This document shows, one piece after another, positions 12,471 through 24,026 of a stretch of DNA of 64,000 bases. Both the position numbers and the translations under genes were made by a program. How positions within the stretch are numbered: position 1 is the stretch's first letter; every line of letters begins with the position of its first letter. Origin of the DNA: Pelomyxa schiedti (lineage: Eukaryota > Protista > Evosea); NCBI GenBank assembly GCA_020536535.1, contig JAHLWZ010000151.1, positions 1-64,000 of the forward strand, written 5' to 3'. The notes beneath the pieces are model-generated. The model saw only the letters and a program-made list of their open reading frames with translations. It did not search any database and was not told the DNA's origin.

Positions 12471-12718
12471 TTACATCTCAAGCCCTCCGAGGTCAGTACT
12501 AGGGCGTTCGTGGACAGAAAAGCCCAGTGACTTCTTGAAACACAAACAATCAGTACCAAAATCACAACCCAATAAGCCCGTTTGCTCACTGTGCAACTAT
12601 CTAATTGTGCTCTCAGCTAAAGGATGCTATTTATTCCGCGTGTCATGACAACACCACTCACGTTGGTTACACCTCAAGGCTTTCACCTTGGTAACTTTGT
12701 AGTTGTCATCAATCAGGG

Positions 12719-12852
12719 CCCGCTCCGCTTCCCCGCTCCGCTTCCCCGCTCCGCTTCCCCGCTCCGCTTCCCCGCTCCGCTTCCCCGCTCCGCTTCCCCG
12801 CTCCGCTTCCCCGCTCCGCTTCCCCGCTCCGCTTCCCCGCTCCGCTTCCCCC
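12719..12852. repeat. Minisatellite, 13-bp unit CCCCGCTCCGCTT, about 10 copies
   Basis: Directly visible tandem array with identical units. Confidence 0.95.
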
Positions 12853-13323
12853 ACTGTGCCTTGAGAACCCAGTGCACAACCTTGTGTACACTGTGAAACA
12901 AAAAGAAATATTTTTTGATGAATTTTGGAACCGGTAGAAGTCCACAACACAGTTGGCACCTATTTGTTCCGAACAGAGGTGTCTGAGGTCAAGACCACGG
13001 CACACTTTAAGCGAAAACAATTTGTTCCCCCTTCTGGAGTCTTTGCGGATTGCTCTTCAGCTCGAGAAGATTCGTGAACACTTGGTTGGACTAAAAATGC
13101 AAGGCTGAGAAAATGTCCTGAATCTTTTCGGGTTCTGTTAAGGGAAAGAAATCCACAATCTCAAACTCACAAATCAACAACTCGTAAGTTTACAGTTGTT
13201 GTGAACAGCACAACACTACTGTAGAATTACGTGAATGCATGGAATCTTTGCTTCAAAGAGAAATTTTTCTTTTCTTTTTTTTTTTTTTGCTAACACGGAC
13301 GCGACCTACTAATCCATCAAGCC

Positions 13324-16300
13324 ATGGGCAACTCTGTCGCACCACAGATAGGCATCAACAACGTAGCCGATCTCCCCGACGTTGTTCTACCCCCCAAAAT
13401 AATACATGCGCCGCTTCCCAAAAATGCTCCCTTACCAGATGCCGAGCCCCATGCCGCTACCACTTCTAGTGCCGACGCGCCGCCGACGCAGCTTACCCCG
13501 ATGGAAAGTGCGCTCGCGACGGTCGGCGACCTCACGCTGTACCCAAAGGTCCAGCCCTTCCCGCCCGTCGCCCTTATCGGCGCCAGCGTCAAGTTGCCCG
13601 AAGTCAACGGGTGGGACGACGCCTGGGCCGTTTTCTCGCAGGGACTCGACGTGATGACCCGCTGGCGCTCCGACGACCCCCTCCTCGTCTGCTCTCGCGG
13701 CTTCATCGACACGGCCGAGGAGTACGACTACAAGTTCTTCGGGGTCAAGCACCCCAGGCTGGAGGACCCGCAGTCGTTCGTTACCAAGGAGCTCATATGG
13801 AACGCGCTCGAGGACGCCGGATACTCCCCGTCGATGCTGGCCGCGATGCCCGGGAGGGTTGGATTGTACGGCGACCTGAACCCCTTCTACTCGTTCGACA
13901 TGATGTCCCACGTCATGAAGTCGATGGACGACTTTGCCGTTATGACTCCGCACCTGCTTTTCTCTTCTACTTATACCGTCCCTTTCAAAATCCTCGTAGG
14001 CATTGCCAACGGCATAAAAATGCACGGGCCCGTTCTTCACATATCAAGCGCTTGCAGCACTTCTGCAGCTTGTATGTTGGCAGCTTGTGATGCTCTCCAT
14101 GCTGGTCGTATTGAGATGGGTATTGCCTCTGCGGCTACTATGGCACACCCTCGCCACCCAATCACCGGGTACAGCAAAGAATCAAAGGGCCTGTACAGTG
14201 TGGATGGATATATAAGGCCTTTCGAAGCCAGGGCCTCGGGCTTTGTTCCATCAGAGGGAGGCGCTGTGTTGGTCCTGAAGACCCTTGAGGCTGCCGTACG
14301 CGACAATGACGTAATACATGCTGTGATCGATGGTGTGGGTATCTGCTCCGATCCGTCTGTTTTGCCCTCGCCAGACGCAATAAGTGCAACTCTGGTTGCC
14401 AAGGGTATACTCGAGGCAATGAGGACTGCTGGAGTGAAGAGCAGTGATGAGATAGGGTATGTGGAGTGCCATGGGTCAGCTACAACAGTTGGTGATTTTT
14501 CTGAGATAGTTGCACTTCGTGCTGCATTGCAACATCCAAACAAGTCGCGGTTCTGTGCTCTTGGAGGAAGTAAAGCCAACGTCGGTCACTTGGGTGGATG
14601 TCCTGGCCTAGTGTCCATCATCAAAGCAGCCCTCGTTTTCAAACACAACTTCATCCCACCTCTAGCAAACTTTGAGAATCCTAGCCCTATCGCTGACCAT
14701 ATACTCAAGCAGCCAGGGTGCCCTGTGTTCCTGCCCAAGGTCGGTCACACACCTGCAACCCCCGTTACCAAAATAGGTGTTCAGTGTTCTGGGCCTGGAG
14801 GTGGTTACCACTGGATCCTTTCCAAACCTCCTTCAATGCCCGCTTTCGTGGAATCTGCCGTTTCACGCAGGACTTTCCTTTTATGCACTTCGGCCAAGAC
14901 TTCCACTGCCAATGCCACTCTATCTGAAAATACAACCAATCTCATCTGTGAGAAGCTTCAACAGCCAGGTGGACTTGAGTTTGCAGTTAATGCAGAGTAC
15001 ACTCTTCAAACACGAAGGGAATGCTTCCTTGAAAGGAGTTCCGTGGTTGTAAATCTTTCTTCAGGTAGAAATTATAACTTGTTTACCCAACAAGAGAAAT
15101 TATTATCACTCACCCAACTTTCTTCTCCCATTTTAGATGCCTCTTCCCAACCAGTTGTTCGGCCCTTGCCTGCCGTAAGGAACAGTATCGCCAACCAAAG
15201 TGCTGACGTGAGGGTTGCTTTTGTGTTCTCTGGATTTGGAATCTGCAGTCGTCTTGCGGCTAAGGAGCTTTACCATCAATACCCCGTTTATAGGGAAACT
15301 TTTGATAGGTGCAGCAAGTGCGTACAAGAACTTACGCAGGGAGACCGGAACCTCGTTTTATCAGCAGACGATCTTGCTGTCGACTCGGCAGAAGACATTA
15401 ATGTCGGTGCCCTAGTCTTTGTGACCCTTCAGCTGTGCCTTTCACAACTTCTACTTTCATGGGGCATCGAGCCAGCTTACGGAATGGTTTGCCACAGCCT
15501 TGGAGAATATGCCTGCGCTGTCACAGCTGGAATGTTGACCATTGAAGAGTGCCTAAAACTCACCAAGCTTCGTTTCGCCCTTCTTACAAAGCTGCCAACG
15601 GTTACAGCAGTGGTTGTATCGATGGTAGTTGTGAAGAGAGTATGCGACCTTGTGGCCGAGATTAACAAGTTGGACGATCCCTCTTCCAGTGATCAAATTG
15701 AAGTGACTGTGATGAATAGTCCCACCACTTGCCTTGTAGTAGGATCGCAAGCAAAGGTGGATGCCTTACTCTTGAAGCTTAAGGGAACCGCCTGCAAGAC
15801 TACTGTCTTCGCACCAACTCCCTCTCACTCAAAAAGAGTTACTCCAGTGCTGTCACAATTCCGAGATGCCTTCCTTGGAATGAACATCCCCGTTCGCTCA
15901 GGGAAGTACAGATTTATAAGTTCTCTGAACGCTGATTGGGGGAACATTGAGGATATGGCCTCACCAGACCATTTCTGTGAAGCTTTGACCCACCCTGTCC
16001 TCTTCCACCAAGCCATGCAAAAATTACTCAGCACTTGGATATCGGAGGGTGCCGGCCAAGATCCCCAGAAGGCGAGAAAAATGGTTATATTTGAAATTGG
16101 ATCCAGCTTATCCACCCACATTCAAGATATATCAACTGCTGAATGTGCCAAAGTTCCCAGAAACCAACCAGCAGCCTCTGTGTTGGCACTTCCCCTGTTC
16201 TTGCACCATCGCAATAGCGCGCTCGACGCCGCTCAACACCTGTGTGTGCAACTTGGAACTTCCTGGGTGCATGGAGCCAAGTTTAACTGGACAACGTATT

Positions 16301-16752
16301 CCGAATCTGCGGGAGGGGCTCGACGTCATGTCGTGCCATTGTGCCTATATCCCTATGAGAGAGTAAAAACCACCTTCGACATCCCAAGTGAGCCGTTGTC
16401 TAGAGATGCATTCTTTGAGAAGCTTATGGAAATGCCTCAGCCCAGGTCTGCTCCAGTGCACGAGACAACACCAACGACAGTGGAAGTTCCAGTAGTATCG
16501 GGCTCCACTCTTTCACCCAAAGATGTGGGAGTAATTGCGGAAAAGTGGGCACTTTTCCTTCACACCACGCCCAAGACAGAGGATGACAACTTCTTTGAGT
16601 TTGGAGCAACAAGCCTTACAGCCATGCAAATGATTGCCTCGATCAACAGGGTTCTTGGGCTAACGTTTCAGTCTGTGACCTTCTTTGGGGTTGAACCCAC
16701 TTTTGGTAACCTTGTCCGTGGCTACTCCCAACACAAAGCCTCACGCACGTAG
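13324..16752 (+). CDS. Intronless type I PKS module KS-AT-ACP (1142 aa)
   Basis: KS: DPQ...ALEDAGY, SSACSTS (Cys), ECHGSAT (His), KANVGHL (His). AT: AFVFSGFG, CHSLGEY, PSHS. ACP: FFEFGATSL. No KR, DH or TE. Confidence 0.93.
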   Translation: MGNSVAPQIGINNVADLPDVVLPPKIIHAPLPKNAPLPDAEPHAATTSSADAPPTQLTPMESALATVGDLTLYPKVQPFPPVALIGASVKLPEVNGWDDAWAVFSQGLDVMTRWRSDDPLLVCSRGFIDTAEEYDYKFFGVKHPRLEDPQSFVTKELIWNALEDAGYSPSMLAAMPGRVGLYGDLNPFYSFDMMSHVMKSMDDFAVMTPHLLFSSTYTVPFKILVGIANGIKMHGPVLHISSACSTSAACMLAACDALHAGRIEMGIASAATMAHPRHPITGYSKESKGLYSVDGYIRPFEARASGFVPSEGGAVLVLKTLEAAVRDNDVIHAVIDGVGICSDPSVLPSPDAISATLVAKGILEAMRTAGVKSSDEIGYVECHGSATTVGDFSEIVALRAALQHPNKSRFCALGGSKANVGHLGGCPGLVSIIKAALVFKHNFIPPLANFENPSPIADHILKQPGCPVFLPKVGHTPATPVTKIGVQCSGPGGGYHWILSKPPSMPAFVESAVSRRTFLLCTSAKTSTANATLSENTTNLICEKLQQPGGLEFAVNAEYTLQTRRECFLERSSVVVNLSSGRNYNLFTQQEKLLSLTQLSSPILDASSQPVVRPLPAVRNSIANQSADVRVAFVFSGFGICSRLAAKELYHQYPVYRETFDRCSKCVQELTQGDRNLVLSADDLAVDSAEDINVGALVFVTLQLCLSQLLLSWGIEPAYGMVCHSLGEYACAVTAGMLTIEECLKLTKLRFALLTKLPTVTAVVVSMVVVKRVCDLVAEINKLDDPSSSDQIEVTVMNSPTTCLVVGSQAKVDALLLKLKGTACKTTVFAPTPSHSKRVTPVLSQFRDAFLGMNIPVRSGKYRFISSLNADWGNIEDMASPDHFCEALTHPVLFHQAMQKLLSTWISEGAGQDPQKARKMVIFEIGSSLSTHIQDISTAECAKVPRNQPAASVLALPLFLHHRNSALDAAQHLCVQLGTSWVHGAKFNWTTYSESAGGARRHVVPLCLYPYERVKTTFDIPSEPLSRDAFFEKLMEMPQPRSAPVHETTPTTVEVPVVSGSTLSPKDVGVIAEKWALFLHTTPKTEDDNFFEFGATSLTAMQMIASINRVLGLTFQSVTFFGVEPTFGNLVRGYSQHKASRT

Positions 16753-17879
16753 TGCCCAAGTCCTAAAAATACAATAAACGTGCTCCGAATCAACAATTCC
16801 AAAAATTTTTTTGATACCGAAAATTTGCCTTCAAGTTAGACACGTACAAACAAAAAATCATCTGTAATAGGAAAACGGGTCGATTGGGTGACCGAGAAGC
16901 ACAGCAACGAATAATGGCAAAACTTGCATGTTGTGGCTGTGAATTGAGTGCAAACAACACTGTACAGCACAAATTGGCGCAGACACATCAAGTCCACCCA
17001 TGATGAACGGCTTGATGCCAACTAGTTCCACATAGGTGTTTAATTTTTTTACTCTAATCGAGAATGGAAGAAAAAAACCACTCGCACTGTGACATTGAAG
17101 TTGCTTTGAGTGTCGTTGTTCCCACCTTGCCTGCAAACTGTTCAGCAACCTGGCTTGCTGCTTATTTGAAAAGTCCTGGTAGCTCTCCCTGTGGACTCAG
17201 CAGATTGAATGACTTGCCCTTCCTAATTATTATGCAGGTATGGGAGAAGGCAGCAGAGATGAAAGCCTAATACACCCCAGCCTCTCCTCACCTCTTATTC
17301 TTTGCCTTCCCAGCTCCAATTCTTTACCTTCCGGCTCCAATTCTTTGCCTTGTTCTTATTCTTCCCCTTCCTTCTGCCCCTTCAGGCTCCTATTCTTACC
17401 CTTTCGGCTCTTTTGGCTCCTTTATCACCTGGCTTGCACTTACCCCCTCTCAGTTCCCTCCTGCCCCATAATGGTGCCCCCATAGCTCTCCTGGATCCCT
17501 CCCATCTTCTGGCACTCTCATTACCTCTTCCCACTCATATAGACAGTCAGGGAGCACTACAAGGCCCACAAGAGTCTCCCCATTCCACACAATACCATGA
17601 AAACCAAAACTGGTGATGGGAAAAAAAACTTTTTTTTTTTTTACAAAGTTGTTTTATTGAAGCCACTCTATCTAACCCAACACCATGCAATGAATGGCGT
17701 GACATCCGTGTTGTTTCCAAGCAGAATATTAGATCGTCAACATCCGCACATCGCCGCACTCCATACTTACCTGTTACCGGCAAAGTAAGATTGTGAATGA
17801 AGTAGAACTAAGTAAAACCTGTCAGTAATTCCAAGTGCAACTGTGTGATTCGACTTGAAACCACATCCCAGAACTTCTC

Positions 17880-20800
17880 AATTAAATTTAGGTCTGGGGA
17901 CTGGGGGATTCCATGCAATAAAGCTTCCAGCTGCCGATATTGCAGAAGCAATCTCTGGTGTTTTTTGTCTGTGCTGGGGCATATTATCTAATACCACAAC
18001 ACTGTTAGCGCCTAAGAAAAAGTGAGTAAACATCGTTGAAGCCCTTTGGTTTGTGTATCTGAACGGTGTTTTGCCACGCGGGAGAATTGGGGATCTTGAC
18101 CCACCTCGTCCTGTCCTCTTCTGCATTGGGAACAAGAAGGGGGTGCTTGCTGATATTGGCCCAGTTCATGCTGGTGATGCCGTTCACGTACAGAGTGGAA
18201 AGATTTGACAGTATGGTCAAACGCTCGGGCTTGTTTCGCTCAATGGAGTGCACAATGACAGTTGGATTCTTTGGTGTCAATTGTGCATTGGATGAAAGGT
18301 ACACAGAGAGGACTGGGTGGTTGGCTAACTCCACAAAAACATTGAATTTCTGTTCAAGAGCGCATAAAACCGAAGGGTAAAATAGAACGCTGCACCTCAC
18401 ATTCTTCCACCAGTAATCTGCCCCTGGGGGTTCAGTCATAAATTTGCCGTACACCGTGGAGATCATCGGGATTTTCGGATGTGGTGCAGGAGAGAGTCCT
18501 TCCAACTCGTGAGGCAACTGCTCTTTGATTGGTTCTGTTTGGTAACTGTGGAATGCATTTTGAACATGAAGAAATCTGGCATACTTGCTCTGGGATTTAA
18601 GCTTTTGCTCCAAAGAAGCCAGAGCAGCGGGATCTCCAGCCAAAACCACAGAATCAGCACTGTTAACCGAGGCAATATCAACGCCAGCCACATTTGAGAT
18701 CAGTTCTGTTGCGTCTGAGGCTGACATGCTGATGGCAAGCATTCTCCCTTTCCCACTCAAGGCCTGTTGCAGGCGAGACCTCACACTGATGACAAGAACG
18801 CCTTCCTCCAATGTAAGGTAGCACTCAACTGCTGCAGCCACTTCACCAACACTGTGTCCAACAACAGCATCAGGCACAATTCCCCAGTGCTGCCACACTG
18901 CATTCAGGCCAATTTGGACAGCGAAAATCAACACTTGTGCGAACTGTGTCTGATTCACACGCGAGTCACTTTCAGCTTTGTGAAGTTCCTCGATCACTGA
19001 CCACCCCATCACTCTCCTCCCAATGGAATCAACTTGGGTCATTGCATCATGGAATATCAGGTCATCGGAGAACATCTGCCTTCCCATTGCATACCATTGA
19101 GGCCCCTGACCTGAAAATACAAATAAGACTTTGTTCTTTGTTGTGAGAAGTTGAGATGTTCCAAGCTTCCATTTTGCGTCTGTGGTTCCTTTGGGATTTT
19201 GTATGAAAGTATCCAAAGCACTTGCCATATCTTGTGGATTTGCCCCAGAAGTGCGAGACGCTGGGAATAATGATTCGAGCGTTTTCCAGCAGTATAAATA
19301 ATCTCTGGTAAGCCACTCTTACTTGTTGATAGAAAGGAAATCCACTTTTGTGCACATGCTGTAAGTGCAGCGCTGGTATGAGCAGACAGTGGCAAACAAT
19401 AGAACGGTTGCACGCCAGAAATATTCTTTTCAGAGGGAATGGCCAGTGATTCTGTCACAAGACCATCAGTGCTGTTGCATTGGTTACCTCCAAATCCAAA
19501 CGAATTGGCAACTGCAATCTTCCTTTTGGTGATCTTACTCCACTGTTCACCATTCCATGCGACGGAAAGACTTCCAAAGTTAATATGGGTATCAATAGGT
19601 ACTCTCCTTTGGGGAAAAACTTCATCATGCTAAAGTGGTGTGAGATTTCCCTTTTTTTCCCCACAAATTCTTTTAGTCATAATATCATTATACTCTTGCA
19701 GTATAGAGGAATGTAAATGAATGCAACGTAATGTGTAAACCTGTAACATCAGAATGATTTTTGTGAGACTGGCCAACCCGGCACATGCCTCAGTGTGACC
19801 AATGTTTGCTTTCACTGAACCAATAAAGCAAGGACCTCTTGTTCCAGTTACCTCCTCACTGAAAACTTTCCTAATAGTATCTACTTCAATTGGATCACCA
19901 ACTGGAGTTCCCGTTCCATGAGCCTCAATGTAAGACACATCCACAGGGTCGACCTGTGCCAGTGAAAGAGCTGCCTGCAGGACAGCGACCTGACCAGAAG
20001 ATTTTGGTCGATTGATAAACTGCTTGCTTCCATCATGATTAGTGGCTGTGCCAGATATCACACAGTAGATATGATCACCATCGGCAATGGCAGCTGGTAG
20101 GGGCTTTTTTTTGTCCAAGAAAGAAAAAAAAAAAAAAAAAGGAGGAGTGAGTCGTTAACCTGAATTCAAGTATTATTATGAGAGCATACTTTCAAAAAGA
20201 AGGCAGAGGTGCCTTCGGCCCTAACATAGCCATCCGCGTTGGAACCAAAGGTATTGCATCTGCCAGAGGTCGTTGTCATTCCGGCGCGAGAAACCGAAAG
20301 AGAAAACTGGGGCAGCAACACCAAATTAGAAGCGGCGACCAACGCAGCGGCGCAGTCGCCAGCCCTGAGGCTCGAGCATGCCAAATGCAAGGCAACGAGA
20401 GACCCGCTGCAAGCAGTGTCGACAGTAAGGCTGGGCCCCTTGAAGTCGAAGAACCACGACAGACGGTTGCTCAGCATAGACAGAGCGGCTCCGTTTGCAG
20501 TGTACGCGGAGACGTCGGGTTCGTTCATAAGCACGATGTTCTGGCAGTCGACTCCGAAGCTCGCGACGAAAACGCCCGTGGATTTGCCGCCGCCTCCATG
20601 CGGTAGTAGGTCTCGGTCGGCGGCGCCTGTAGGAAATGTTTCGCCGGCGTCGGCTAGGGCTTCGCAAGAGATCTGCAACAGTTGGTGTTGAACCGGTCCC
20701 AGAAACGAAGCTTCGCGGGCCAACAGGCCGAAGAAAGCGGGTCGCAATGGGTAACTGGATCTTCAAGAGTCCCTGCAAAAGGTGTTTTGATCTTTCCTGG

Positions 20801-20950
20801 AAGGAGGTGTACTTCAGTAGTAGTGAGTATGAGCTGTGGAACTTGTCGAACAGCGTCGGCACAGCTGTGCAACAGGACGTAGTCATCGTCGAGGTTTCTT
20901 GCGGTGGGAAAACGGCAACCGGCAACTCGTCCCAGTTACGGCAACCAAAA
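17880..20950 (-). pseudogene. Frameshifted, truncated, intron-containing type I PKS (KS-AT)
   Basis: VAVTGTSCRLP, TVDTACSGSL, EAHGTGTPVGDPIE, KANIGHTE, NSFGFGG, FVFSGQGPQW, GHSVGE, NAFHS. Frameshifts near 20900, 20740 and 19245; introns near 20102-20190 and 19632-19740; no ACP found. Confidence 0.85.
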
Positions 20951-21822
20951 AGCTTATGCACAGGTTAGAAGGAATGGAACTCCAAAGGGACGTGTTGCGA
21001 AGAAGCACCTGTCCTTGTGCGTGCTCATTCCAGCTTGTACTAGAACTAGTTCTATAAAGAAGGTGCGAATGATGAACATCTTCCATGGGTGTACCGTCCC
21101 CCCCCCCCCCCCCCCACAAGGAGGGCGCCCTCCCTTTCACACAGGTGTGTTCTCCCTCTCCAACCCCAGTGGATTTGCACCAACATCCCTGATATCAGGC
21201 TCATCCAGCTTCACTTTCCTAAGAGCAGAAAGAGATATAGCCACACATTCGATGAAAACGGAATACCCGAGACCCACGCCGTCAGCTCGGCCATCCACAG
21301 AAAAACCAACTCGAATCCGGCGGTCTAGTGACAGACACCAAACCACCCATCTCGCCACCATCGACGTCTTTGTCCAGTCGATAATGGTACAGATATCTCG
21401 CACCAACCACAACTACCCAGCCACCGTCAATGACAGTGGATCACTTTGGGATTACAAGGATCACTTTTACCACTCACTTGGCCCAGGTGCGGCGTCAGCG
21501 CTGCATGGGCGGCAGCACGCCTGCCATAGGCGCTTCCCCCTGTCCCTCTCCCAGCCTCCCGTCGCCCAGGAGACCATACTCCATTAATTATCACCCCGTT
21601 TGGTAACTGAGCACATCCACAAAACTTGCTTTGCTGAATTGTCAATTCACATCCCTTTCTCTAATAAATGAAAGACAGCCAGTCCAATCACGTGGTGCTG
21701 CTGTGTTTTTCTTCCTAAACGCGAACCAGGACAGAATTTTCTTGTGCTTCGACAGACACCATCATTATTGCATCCCCCACGAAAACCAACAAAAAAAAAA
21801 AAAAAAAACAAGCTTGGAAAAG

Positions 21823-23958
21823 ATGGGAGACAAGAGAGGCGACAGCGAGAACCAAGAACGGGAGGCAGCGTCGTCACGCAAGAGGACGCCTGGGAAATTC
21901 CCCAGGGAGCTGCAGTACCTCGTGGACGACGACAGTCTGCTGGAGGACCCCCCATCCGTGGACTGGAAGCGCCGCGGCGACGGCGGTGCCGCCGCAACCG
22001 CAACCGGCGCCACCACCCCAGACGCCGCGGCCGAGAAGGTCGACGGGGCCGAGAGCCGGCAGGGTGCCACGACGACGGCCTCGGGGGAGGCCAAGAGGCG
22101 CAGGGTGGGGAGGGAGGGGAACGAGGGGGAGGAAAGGGCGGTGGCGGGGGCGGGAAGGGGGGACAGGGGGAGGGAGAGGGGCAGCAGGGGAGCGGGAAGG
22201 GGCGGCAGAGGGGGGGCGGGGGGCGCCGGGAGGGCCCAGAACAGCGGGCAACAGAAGAGGGTCACTTTCGCTGCTAGGGAGAGGGAGGAGTTCTTGGCCG
22301 AGCAGAAGAAGAGGGTCGTGGATGTATGTAGTGTCGCATTCTTCCGTAGTAACCAAAGTATTATAATTAAATGGAAGCAGTAATTCAATTCAACTACATC
22401 CATGTCAGAATAGAGAATTTAGCATGTGATGTAACCCATTGCGGAATGTAACTCGTGTCATTGACTTCGAAACTAAAGGGTGAAGCTGAGAACGACTTTG
22501 ATGAGGAAAAGAAGTCTACAGAGCCACTCACTCATGTGAAGGGAGAGGAGGCATCAACAATATCTTATGATGGTGACATCAAGATAGAGCCCTTTAATTT
22601 AAGGTAGCTTCATACCTCCTCACTATTACAAATTGTGACTCAACACCAGACAGGAGATGCAGGAAGGAAGTTTTGATGGTCAAGGAAACTACACAGAGTT
22701 TAGGCAGCCAAGGTACGTCGTAACATTTTCTTCTTGTAAATTAATAACTTCTCCCAGAGCACTAAGTGATGCATGGCTAGAAGAATGTGACTCAAAATAT
22801 GCTGAAGTGCGCATACTTTTTTAAAATAGTGTTTTGTTGTGTTTGTATGTATTGTGTACCAAGAAGTTTCTATTTACTTCTGTGGACAGGACATGGAACG
22901 TGAAGCAGAAGAACTGGAAAGGAAATGGCGAGCAAAAGCGAAAGCAGACAGAATGGCAAAGGCTGAAAAGAGAGAAGCAATTGACACTTATGCCTGCCGT
23001 GCTAGTATGTTGCAGCTTCTTCTTCCTGGTGAGGATACCTGGGGTGCTCTAAAGCGCCTTGGCAAGGTAGTTGCTACATCTTTTTTCTGACTTCAATTAT
23101 ACTTCAGCATAAAATAATATTTTCTGCAGAAAGATGGAGGTGACAAGGCGAAGTTCCTCAAGTTAACAGAAGCTGCTGATGCCCTACTAGCATCTGGTGA
23201 TATAAGTTTGTTTCCCCACATCCTTCATCTAAGTAGACTAGTAATAATACAAGTACAACATAAAAAAAAAAAACCAAGAATCTCAAATAAAATAAACCAA
23301 CCCAAACCACCCTTCACACAGATATATACACAATGAACCGGGATCAAATCAGAGCGGCGGCAGCAGCCGAACTTTGTATGTACACTTCCTCCACCAAAAA
23401 AAGCTAAAAACCTGACCACTTACACAAGTGCACGAGACCCAAGACGTGGCCAAAGTTGTAGACGACTCAAGTGAAGACCCAATAACAGAAGCCGACCTAG
23501 TCCCGCGAACAACATCCTCGACAGCTACATCTACATCAACATCCACATCAACCTCAGCACCTTCCACAAAGCCAAAGGGGTCATCAACATGGAGCAATGT
23601 GGCGAAGAACAGCAAGGGCAGTTCTAAGAGTACTAGTAGTAGCAATGCACGGGAGGAGGAGAGTGAGGGCTCTGTGGTGAAAGCGAAAAAGCCGGAAGTG
23701 ATGTGGGAGTACCAAATAAGTGGCAATGATCAAGTGCAGGGGCCATTTACAACAGCGCAGATGATGGAGTGGGTACAAGCGGTATGTTATGTTAAATCCT
23801 CAATGTGCTTACATGTTATTATTTACCAACACAAATAGGGCTGCTTCAGCTATGCTGATTCTCCTGCGGTTAAGGCTAGAATTGTTGGGGAAACACTGTA
23901 TGAATCACACCACGCCTATCAACCAATCCTTGAGATAAAATTCTCAGAGTACTTGTAA
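21823..23958 (+). CDS. CD2BP2: CD2BP2/LIN1 (U5 snRNP 52K) with C-terminal GYF domain, spliced
   Basis: KIEPFNL, EMQEGSFDGQGNY, DAWLE, LLPGEDTWGALKRLG, LTEAADALL, MWEYQ...QGPFTTAQMMEWVQAGCF. Confidence 0.88.
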
Positions 23959-24026
23959 GGATCTAAAAAAGAGAAAAGAATCACCCATCTTCAAAAACCA
24001 CAAACAGTTGTCTTTTCTACGGTTGA

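Noticed and set aside
12719-12852. Possible CRISPR array or coding repeat ORFs
   Set aside because: Units are contiguous with no spacers. The overlapping ORFs are artefacts of a stop-free 13-mer.
13324-13345. N-myristoylation signal on the PKS (MGNSVAP)
   Set aside because: Pro at position 6 after Met removal violates the usual consensus.
1-16752. NRPS and PKS as bacterial contaminant sequence
   Set aside because: Both are contiguous, without gaps, with intron-rich host genes, and the PKS shares the host 5'-to-3' GC gradient. Read-level confirmation is still advisable.
21631-22403. Multiple long overlapping ORFs in GC-rich first exons (also 34044-34887 and 56684-57624)
   Set aside because: High GC content suppresses stop codons. 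Only one frame has recognisable protein features in each case.
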